Positions 9,732 to 16,749 of a stretch of DNA of 43,168 bases are shown here, in pieces. The notes beneath the pieces were generated by a model, which was given only the letters and a program-made list of their open reading frames with translations, was not told the origin of the DNA and did no database searches. This DNA comes from a virus (Duplodnaviria; Caudoviricetes): IMG/VR virus record IMGVR_UViG_3300025103_000048, positions 1 to 43,168 of that record. One strand, given 5' to 3'. Positions within the stretch are counted from its first letter, which is position 1. Each line of letters begins with the position of its first letter. The position numbers and the translations under genes are program-made.

Positions 9732-10058
9732 ATGGCAGACTTTTTTATCAAACAGAATGACACCTCTCCAGTCTTTCAGGCAACCCTGAAGTCTGCTTCT
9801 GGGGCTGCTCAAGACCTTACTGGTTGTACTGTTACTTTTAAGATGGCTAACTCTGTTTCAGAAATAAAAGTAAACCAGCCAGTAACAACCATAGACAGCG
9901 CCAGTAATGGCATAGTCACTTACGAGTGGGCGACTGGAGACACAGATACTTCTGGTACTTTCTTCGCTGAGTTTGAGGTGATTAAGGCTGACGGTAAGCG
10001 GGAGACCTTTCCTAATACTGTTCCTATAAATGTTGTAATTAAGAAGGACGTTGTGTGA
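9732..10058 (+). CDS. BppU N-terminal-like Ig-fold protein
   Basis: FIKQNDTSP...DLTG.TV.F.M...G.V.Y.W..GDT..G.F.AEFEV...G..ETFP pattern. Confidence 0.65.
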   Translation: MADFFIKQNDTSPVFQATLKSASGAAQDLTGCTVTFKMANSVSEIKVNQPVTTIDSASNGIVTYEWATGDTDTSGTFFAEFEVIKADGKRETFPNTVPINVVIKKDVV

Positions 10059-10732
10059 TGCCCGATGATGGCTACTACGTAGACAAGGCTGATAAACCCT
10101 TGAACAAGCCTTTTAGACTCCCAGCAGGGTCAAGTAAGAAATTTGGTGTTTATGTCAAAGACGGTGACAAGACTAAGAAAGTTACTTTCGGAGACCCAAA
10201 CATGGAAATCCGCAGGGATGATCCTAAAGCCAGAGCTAACTTTCGCTCTCGCCATTCTTGCGACACAGCAACAGATAAGACTTCTGCTAGATACTGGTCT
10301 TGTCGAATGTGGGAAGGAGGTACATCCGTGTCCCAATTAACCAAGAATATTGAAGGCCAAATCCTTAAGGCAGACGAAGAACAACGTCTAGTCTACGGAT
10401 GGGCCTCAGTTGTCACTGAGAAGGGCGAACCAGTAGTAGATCGCCAAGGTGACATCATAGAACCTGACACACTTGTTAAAGCTGTGAATGACTTCATGGA
10501 ACACATTCGTGTCGGTAAAGAAATGCATACAGGGGATCAGATTGGAGCAGTTATCCATTCTATGCCCATCACTAAAGAGATCGGTGAATCCCTTGGCATA
10601 CAGAGTGATCGTGAAGGCTGGATTGTGGCTTTCAAAGTCTATGACGAAGAGGTCTGGACTAAGGTCAAATCTGGAGAACTTGCGGCCTTCTCTATTGGGG
10701 GTCGTGCAATCAAGGAGGACTACAGTGCCTAA
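10055..10732 (+). CDS. XkdF-type (S78-like) prohead serine protease with extra basic N-terminal domain
   Basis: EQRLVYGWA, VDRQGD, EMH, GWIV.FKV, KVKSGEL.AFSIGG motifs; start may be ATG 10058. Confidence 0.85.
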   Translation: MMPDDGYYVDKADKPLNKPFRLPAGSSKKFGVYVKDGDKTKKVTFGDPNMEIRRDDPKARANFRSRHSCDTATDKTSARYWSCRMWEGGTSVSQLTKNIEGQILKADEEQRLVYGWASVVTEKGEPVVDRQGDIIEPDTLVKAVNDFMEHIRVGKEMHTGDQIGAVIHSMPITKEIGESLGIQSDREGWIVAFKVYDEEVWTKVKSGELAAFSIGGRAIKEDYSA

Positions 10733-11501
10733 CCTTTTAAAACAGCTTGAACTGGAGGAATTGTCTTTGGTGGATCGTCCAGCAAATGCACAGGCAATGG
10801 TCTCCTTATATAAGCGTGACAATTCCAATGGAGAACCTATGGAACATGAAATAGAAAAAATGTCTGATGACATGAAAGCCAAACTAAAGCCATACATGGA
10901 TAAAGGTATGTCTGAAGAAGAAGCTATGAAAATGTATCAGAGAGACATGAAGAAGGCTGATGAAGCAGTTGCTGAAGAGCTTGATACACTTAAAGCAGAG
11001 AATGAGCGTCTTCGTAAGAGCCTTATTGAAGCTGGTTACGTCATTAAATCTGACGTGATTGAAAAGAAAGTTGAGCCTGAGTACGTAGAGTATGAAGGAG
11101 AACAAATCAACAAAGCTGATATCCCTGCGCCTATCTTGAAGGCCTTGGAAGCAGCAGAGGTTGCTAAGGCTGATGCCGAGTTGACCGAGAAAGCAAAAGA
11201 AGCACTGCCACACTTCAACATCGACGTAGCCAAATCTTTGGTTGGTGAGTTTGCTGAAGTAGAAGCTGTCATGGAAACCTTGAAGGCTGCAGATAAAGTC
11301 TTTGCGGAATCTATGGAAGAGGTAGGCAAGTCTGATGCTGACGGTGAGTTTGCAACTGCCTCAGACAAACTTGAAACTCTTGTCAAATCCTACATGGATG
11401 AAAACAAACTAAAGAAGAGCCAGTATGCCGTAGCTTATGCTGCTGTAGCTAAAACCGAAGAAGGTAAAGCTCTTATTAACAAATCCTATAAAGGAGAATA
11501 A
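10725..11501 (+). CDS. capsid scaffolding protein
   Basis: AAGGAGG (10712-10718) before in-frame GTG 10725; begins ...ELSLVDRPAN; acidic E/K/A-rich helical body; lies between protease and capsid genes. Confidence 0.75.
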   Translation: MPNLLKQLELEELSLVDRPANAQAMVSLYKRDNSNGEPMEHEIEKMSDDMKAKLKPYMDKGMSEEEAMKMYQRDMKKADEAVAEELDTLKAENERLRKSLIEAGYVIKSDVIEKKVEPEYVEYEGEQINKADIPAPILKALEAAEVAKADAELTEKAKEALPHFNIDVAKSLVGEFAEVEAVMETLKAADKVFAESMEEVGKSDADGEFATASDKLETLVKSYMDENKLKKSQYAVAYAAVAKTEEGKALINKSYKGE

Positions 11502-11503
11502 CT

Positions 11504-11872
11504 ATGGCTGTAATGCAGTCCCGTGATACACGGACATATGTAGCTGGCGAAGATTTGTCAGCCGCACAATTCAAGTTCGTTACTCTTGAATCCGATGGTC
11601 AAATTGATCTGGCAGATAGTGCTGGTGAGAATTGCGTTGGTGTTCTTTTGAACGATCCCACTTCTGGCAATGCTGCTACTGTAGTCATGTCAGGTAAAAC
11701 CTTAGTCAAATCTGGTGGTACTATTGCTGCAGGAGCTTCAGTTGCAACTAATGCTGCTGGCCTAGCTGTAACTGCCGCATCTGGCAATATCGTCATGGGT
11801 TACGCTACAGAAGCTGCTGTCTCTGGACAGACAATGGCTGTAGAGTTGATCCAAGGCGGTAACGCAGTTTAA
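11504..11872 (+). CDS. capsid cement/decoration protein (DUF2190-like)
   Basis: AAGGAG RBS; AGEDL..FV, GVL.N.P.SG.AATV...G, G.A.EAA.SG pattern; immediately before MCP. Confidence 0.75.
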   Translation: MAVMQSRDTRTYVAGEDLSAAQFKFVTLESDGQIDLADSAGENCVGVLLNDPTSGNAATVVMSGKTLVKSGGTIAAGASVATNAAGLAVTAASGNIVMGYATEAAVSGQTMAVELIQGGNAV

Positions 11873-11888
11873 TAGAGAGGAATAACTA

Positions 11889-12896
11889 ATGCCCTTGTTG
11901 ACACCATCCCAAGTGCATATTGACCAGCCGTTGACTAACCTCACACTGGCCTATGCACAATCACAAGAAAACTTTGTCGCTGACAAGATTTTCCCTATCG
12001 TTGGCGTAGATCGTCAATCAGATAAATACTACATCTATGACCGTGCAAACATGAACCGCACTGGTGATGTTAAGAAATTGGCTCCACGTACCGAAGTAAA
12101 TCGCATCGGTCTGTCAGTTTCTAACAGCTCTTACTATGCTGATGTCTACGGACTAGGTATGGACTTCGATCAGCAAACTATTGCTAACGAAGATGCGGCT
12201 CTGGAAACTCGTTCTAATGGTGCTGCAACACTTGCTATGCGTCTTATGATCGACCGTGAGGAGCGTTTTGCTTCTACATTCTTTGCTTCTTCTGTATGGA
12301 GCACAGAGTACACTGGTGTTGCATCTGGCCCAAGTGGTGCTCAGTTCATTCAGTGGAATGACTACACTAACGCTACGCCTATCAAAAACGTGACTGATGT
12401 TCGCCGTGCGATGCAGCTCAAGTCTGGTGGGTTCAAGCCTAACACTATGGTTGTTGGTAAAGAAGTACGTGATACTCTTATCAACCACCCAGACATCCTT
12501 GCACGTCTTAACGGTGGTGCAACTGTCTCAAACACAGCATTGATCACCGATGCTAAGATTGCTGAAATCTTTGAGGTAGAGAACTTCTACACAATGGAAG
12601 CAGTCAAAAACGACTCTGCCGAGGGTATTGCCGAGAGCAACTCCTTTATCGGTGGTAAGTCTGTCTTGTTGGTACACACACCATCAAACGCTGGACTTAT
12701 GTCTCCAGCAGCGGGCTTGACATTCGCTTGGAATAACATTCCGGGTGCAAACAACTTGGGTATCTCTGTAGAGTCATTCTCAGACGATGCTCTTAAGCGT
12801 CAGCAAGTTGCTGAACATATCCAAGTCAAGATGGCTTACGACATGAAAGTTGTAGGTGCTGACTTGGGTGCGTTCTTCGCCACTGCTGTAGCTTAA
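11889..12896 (+). CDS. major capsid protein (HK97 fold, lambda gpE-like)
   Basis: GAGG RBS; HIDQPLTNL..AY, FVADKIFP.V.V..QSDKYY, KPNTMVVG motifs; 335 aa; strongly biased codons; position. Confidence 0.9.
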   Translation: MPLLTPSQVHIDQPLTNLTLAYAQSQENFVADKIFPIVGVDRQSDKYYIYDRANMNRTGDVKKLAPRTEVNRIGLSVSNSSYYADVYGLGMDFDQQTIANEDAALETRSNGAATLAMRLMIDREERFASTFFASSVWSTEYTGVASGPSGAQFIQWNDYTNATPIKNVTDVRRAMQLKSGGFKPNTMVVGKEVRDTLINHPDILARLNGGATVSNTALITDAKIAEIFEVENFYTMEAVKNDSAEGIAESNSFIGGKSVLLVHTPSNAGLMSPAAGLTFAWNNIPGANNLGISVESFSDDALKRQQVAEHIQVKMAYDMKVVGADLGAFFATAVA

Positions 12897-12904
12897 TTTC
12901 TACT

Positions 12905-12929
12905 GTGGGGGGCTGTAGTGGCCCCCTGC
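12905..12929 (+). terminator. GC-rich hairpin after MCP (terminator or mRNA-stabilising; no clear U tract)
   Basis: GTGGGGGGCTG-TAG-TGGCCCCCTGC pairs fully with G-U wobble on the + strand. Confidence 0.5.
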
Positions 12930-12952
12930 TAACCTTGCCCGAGGAGAGTTGA

Positions 12953-13357
12953 ATGTCCCGAATAAACTTTCACCAACAAAAGATACCCTTACAGTTTGAT
13001 AGACCTGTTTTTGTAAGGGTTGAGTTTACATCTGCTGGCAGAGTTTGGAGGCCAAGAGATGAATACAAGTGGAAAGAAATTGGTGTAGAAGAGAGAGCAG
13101 TCCTAGATTTATACTCTCTTGGTTTTCTTCATCATAGTTCCGACCTAGAGGTAAAAGCTAAGGTAGGGGATGGCTTGGAAGCACTTGATGTAACAGGACT
13201 ACACGATTTAGTAGACTCGATAAATAAAAAAGTTGAAGCCAAGACTAACTCTAAAGCATCCTTTGATAAGATGAAGTGTAAGAAGTCTAAGGTGTTAGAT
13301 AAGCAACGTGGTCTTATACGTAGCTGGCGAAGAAACTACGGTCACATGGAGAACTAA
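12953..13357 (+). CDS. hypothetical protein
   Basis: GAGGAG RBS, 134 aa ORF in operon. Confidence 0.75.
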   Translation: MSRINFHQQKIPLQFDRPVFVRVEFTSAGRVWRPRDEYKWKEIGVEERAVLDLYSLGFLHHSSDLEVKAKVGDGLEALDVTGLHDLVDSINKKVEAKTNSKASFDKMKCKKSKVLDKQRGLIRSWRRNYGHMEN

Positions 13358-13362
13358 TAAAC

Positions 13363-13818
13363 ATGGCTTGGTCATACGATGAAACGGACTTAGGTACTGA
13401 AACAGCTTCGGCTCGTTTAAACGCAGTACGGCTATTAGTAGGAGACACTGATGTAAATGATCAGCAGACTTCTAATGAGGAAGTTATCTTTGCCCTAGTT
13501 CAAACTAACAACAATGTTTATTATGCTGCAGGGTGGTCTGCCAGAACTATAGCGGCTCAGTATGCACGAAGAGTCACTCAGGAACTTAGTGGAGCACTCA
13601 GTGCACATTACAGTGACCTATTAAACCATTACACATCCCTAGCTGAGACCTTAGAGCATCAAGGTAAGAAGTCTGGTGGAGTTGTAGGAATAAAAGCTGG
13701 CGGTATAAGTAAGGCAACTGTAGAAAATGTAAGGCAAGATACAGATCGCATTACACCTTCTTTCCGTAGGGATAGGTTTAAAAACCCCCCTAGCTACAAC
13801 AGCACTAATTACGACTAG
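13363..13818 (+). CDS. head-tail adaptor/connector
   Basis: WSY...VRLLVGDTD....Q.SNEE pattern; position after MCP. Confidence 0.7.
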   Translation: MAWSYDETDLGTETASARLNAVRLLVGDTDVNDQQTSNEEVIFALVQTNNNVYYAAGWSARTIAAQYARRVTQELSGALSAHYSDLLNHYTSLAETLEHQGKKSGGVVGIKAGGISKATVENVRQDTDRITPSFRRDRFKNPPSYNSTNYD

Positions 13819-13827
13819 GAGTAGTTA

Positions 13828-14187
13828 ATGTTTTCTAGAGGGTACAATCTCCTCAAGATGGTAGATGACTTTGGTGAGTCTCTTACTTTGCGTAAGGTGA
13901 CTTCTGCAGGGACATATGATACCACTACAGGGTCTATTTCTGGGTCGTCTACAACAGACTATAACTTTACTGGCTACTTCTATAATTATGATGCTGGTAT
14001 TATACAGAATGTGGATAACATCAGAAGGGGTACACGTAAGTGTGTCATACCTGCCCTAGGTCTTACTGTAGAGCCAGATGATGAAGATCAAATACTAGGT
14101 AGTGGAGATACTGTTAACATTGTTTCTGTTGTGACCATCTTTTCTGCTGGCACTAAGATTTGTTACTTGTGTGATGTGAGAGAATGA
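13828..14187 (+). CDS. head closure/stopper protein
   Basis: AGGAG RBS; FGE.LTLR...G.YD..TG pattern; position. Confidence 0.6.
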   Translation: MFSRGYNLLKMVDDFGESLTLRKVTSAGTYDTTTGSISGSSTTDYNFTGYFYNYDAGIIQNVDNIRRGTRKCVIPALGLTVEPDDEDQILGSGDTVNIVSVVTIFSAGTKICYLCDVRE

Positions 14188-14579
14188 TATCTAAAAAACA
14201 AACGGTCTCTATTCAGCAAAAGCTAGATAAGTTTGTAGATGAAGTTGTTGAAGACGATGTTAAGTTAGTGCTTATGGGTTTAGTTGATGATGTAGCGCTT
14301 TGGTCTACACCCACAGTAGACACTGGGGCTTATATCACCTCTTTCTCATTAAACACGGGCAGGGGTAGGCCTAGAGGTAAAAGCTCTAAGGGCAGACCTA
14401 GGAAACAAAATAAACAGCAGAAAGCTGATGAAGCCAGAGCTAATCTATACAATGATGTAAATAAGCTGCCAGACTTAGTAAACAAACAATCTGTACAGTT
14501 AAGAAATGGCTCCCCTCATGCACAAGATGTAGAAAACAAGTATAAGGTTTTTGCAAGGGTAAGAAGAGAATATGGCTAG
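14184..14579 (+). CDS. neck/tail completion protein (HK97 gp10-like)
   Basis: TPTVDTG motif, N.SPHA..VE; position. Confidence 0.6.
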   Translation: MISKKQTVSIQQKLDKFVDEVVEDDVKLVLMGLVDDVALWSTPTVDTGAYITSFSLNTGRGRPRGKSSKGRPRKQNKQQKADEARANLYNDVNKLPDLVNKQSVQLRNGSPHAQDVENKYKVFARVRREYG

Positions 14580-14997
14580 TATACACAACGACATCCGTGC
14601 TGCACTTGAAGGTAAACTAGCTGCTACCTCCAACCTGCCCACATCTATTGCCTATGAGAATGTGCCTTTTGAACCAACGACAGGTACAAGCTACCTTCAA
14701 ACATCCTATATCCCGACTTCTCGCAGACCTTCTGTAAGAGGCTTAAACCCACAGCAAAGATATCAAGGTATCTTCTCTGTCACAGTTTATGCCCCAGAAG
14801 GGAATGGTCCTGCTACTGCTGATGCTTTTGCTAACACTATTATAGAAGCTTTTGAAGCAACTACCGACATTCCTTACACACCAAGTGGGGGAACAACAAT
14901 CAATGTGTCCATAGATTACGCTGAGAGACAGCAAGGGTTCTTGGACAGTCCTTGGTACTTTATTCCGATTGATATCGGATGGTACACTTACAAATAA
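14572..14997 (+). CDS. tail terminator protein (DUF4128-like)
   Basis: IAYENVPFEP, YQGIF.V.VYAP.G.G motifs; precedes tube gene. Confidence 0.7.
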   Translation: MASIHNDIRAALEGKLAATSNLPTSIAYENVPFEPTTGTSYLQTSYIPTSRRPSVRGLNPQQRYQGIFSVTVYAPEGNGPATADAFANTIIEAFEATTDIPYTPSGGTTINVSIDYAERQQGFLDSPWYFIPIDIGWYTYK

Positions 14998-15012
14998 CTA
15001 GGAGAATATAAC

Positions 15013-15930
15013 ATGGCCTTTGCACAGGGTTCTCGCTCCAGTCTGTCGTATATCGTGGAAAGCACGTTTGGTACGACTCCTTCTGGAAACTTTATTAATC
15101 TTCCGTTCACTACACACGGCATGAACCTTACTAAGGATCGTGTGTCAGGTACGGATATACAAGCTGACCGTATGCCTCGGCATGACCGTCACGGAAACAA
15201 ACAAACTGGTGGTGATATTGTAGCTGACCTAAGAGATGGTGACTTTGATGCCTTCTTGGAATCAGCTATGCTCAATACTTGGGCTACTAACACCCTTAAA
15301 GTTGGTACAACACCTAAGTACTTCTCTGTTGAAGATTATGCAGCAGACATTGATCAGGCTCGTCTTTTCACAGGTATGACTGTTTCTACTCTGGGGCTAT
15401 CTATTGCTCCTAACCAAATGGTAACTACTACTTTTGGTATGGTAGGAAAAGACATGACCATTGGTCAAACACAGAAAACTCAGACTGCTAACTCTGGTGC
15501 GTCACCTTATGATGCATACTCTGGTAGCGTTTCTGTAGGAGATACTGGTGGCTCACCTTCAGCGTCTACTATTGTTACTGCTGTAGACTTCACCATCAAT
15601 AACTCTTTTGCACCTACCTTTGTTGTTGGTAGCGACTCTGCTCCACAACTAGAAGTAGGACGTGCAGAAATCGAAGGTAATATGTCAGTCTACTTTGAAG
15701 ATGCAGCAATGATTAACCGCTTCATCAACGAAACTGAAACTGAGCTACAAGTTGTTGTGGGCGATAATGCCTCAACTCCTAATACTCTGACCTTCAATTT
15801 CCCACGGGTCAAAATCAATAGTGCTGACGTAGGTGTAGATGGACCTACTAGCCGTGTAGTCAATATGTCGTTTGTAGCTCTCTATGACTCTACAGACACA
15901 ACTAGCTTGACGATCACAAGAGCACCATAG
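15013..15930 (+). CDS. major tail tube protein
   Basis: AGGAG RBS; YIVE.TFGTTP N-terminus, R.EIEG..SVYFED, LTF.FPRVK; 305 aa. Confidence 0.85.
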   Translation: MAFAQGSRSSLSYIVESTFGTTPSGNFINLPFTTHGMNLTKDRVSGTDIQADRMPRHDRHGNKQTGGDIVADLRDGDFDAFLESAMLNTWATNTLKVGTTPKYFSVEDYAADIDQARLFTGMTVSTLGLSIAPNQMVTTTFGMVGKDMTIGQTQKTQTANSGASPYDAYSGSVSVGDTGGSPSASTIVTAVDFTINNSFAPTFVVGSDSAPQLEVGRAEIEGNMSVYFEDAAMINRFINETETELQVVVGDNASTPNTLTFNFPRVKINSADVGVDGPTSRVVNMSFVALYDSTDTTSLTITRAP

Positions 15931-15946
15931 AATCCCTAGCTAGGGT

Positions 15947-15997
15947 GGGGAAGGCTTGAGTGTCGGGTCTCGGTCTTCCCCTTTAATCTTACCCGAC
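15947..15997 (+). promoter_or_regulatory. hairpin with loop complementary to downstream sequence (possible H-type pseudoknot/attenuator)
   Basis: Stem GGGGAAGGC(T)TGAG / CTCGGTCTTCCCC then TTT; loop GTCGGGT (15962-15968) is the exact reverse complement of ACCCGAC (15991-15997). Confidence 0.55.
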
Positions 15998-16021
15998 TAC
16001 CCTGACAAAAGGAAACTCGAC

Positions 16022-16420
16022 ATGGACTTAAAGAACTTAACTCCCACTACTGATACCGTAGAAGTAAAACTTTTACACCCCTCTTCTTTTGCACTCTTAG
16101 AGAATGAAGATGGAAGCCCAATGGTTATTACTGTTCACGCTCCACACTCTAAGGCTTACAAAACTGCTTTACATGAGCAAACAAACAAAAGACTTAAACA
16201 AGCTCAAAGCAAAAAGAAGGTGGAAGTTACAGCAGAAGACTTAGAAGAAGCTAATCTTAATATTTTAGTTAGGACTACTAAAGGTTGGAAGATCACTTAT
16301 GATGGTCAGATGCCTAAGTTCTCTGAAGCTAAAGCAAAAGAGGTTTACTCTGAGGTATTCTGGATCAAAGATCAGATTGAGGAGGCAGTAACAGACGCTC
16401 TGGATTTTACCAAAGCCTGA
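16022..16420 (+). CDS. tail assembly chaperone (G-type)
   Basis: AAAGGA RBS before ATG 16022; between tube and tape measure; ends at slippery site. Confidence 0.8.
   Translation: MDLKNLTPTTDTVEVKLLHPSSFALLENEDGSPMVITVHAPHSKAYKTALHEQTNKRLKQAQSKKKVEVTAEDLEEANLNILVRTTKGWKITYDGQMPKFSEAKAKEVYSEVFWIKDQIEEAVTDALDFTKA
16402..16408 (+). other. putative -1 programmed ribosomal frameshift site G GAT TTT
   Basis: In frame at LDF near the end of G; the -1 frame is open and continues YQSLIEELEEF into the 16429-16749 ORF. Confidence 0.7.
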
Positions 16421-16749
16421 TAGAGGAATTGGAGGAGTTCGCTGAATACACTTTTAAACTCAACCAATCCGATAAGAATGGCGTTTCAGAACGTGAACAC
16501 CTAGAACAAGTTGAGAGGCAGACTGGACAAAGACCACAAGCACTGGATGGCCCCGAATTTCCTATGTTGTTGTCTCACATCTGGTCTGCCTTTATTACTT
16601 TAAGCAACAGTAGGACTGCTGGTCTATCAGGCTCTAACCCGATAACTTACGAACAAATTAAGGCATGGAAGGAAGTTACTGACACACCTTTGACAGCTTG
16701 GGAAGTAGAAGCAATCAAGAGGCTAGACGTAATTTATATGGGTACATAA
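16408..16749 (+). CDS. tail assembly chaperone GT extension
   Basis: W..F..L...R..G..PITY..I.AW....L..WE...I..LD pattern; -1 frame relative to G; weak own start (TTG 16429). Confidence 0.75.
   Translation, partial: YQSLIEELEEFAEYTFKLNQSDKNGVSEREHLEQVERQTGQRPQALDGPEFPMLLSHIWSAFITLSNSRTAGLSGSNPITYEQIKAWKEVTDTPLTAWEVEAIKRLDVIYMGT

Noticed and set aside
10712-10735. RF2-style +1 frameshift fusing protease and scaffold
   Set aside because: The codon before the stop (GCC) cannot re-pair in +1, and SD spacing fits initiation at GTG 10725 better; not fully excluded.
15956-16748. Track starts at 15956 and 16698 (also 10488, 24717, 31924, 32551, 38625, 42040)
   Set aside because: Downstream starts have better RBS or coupling and were used instead.
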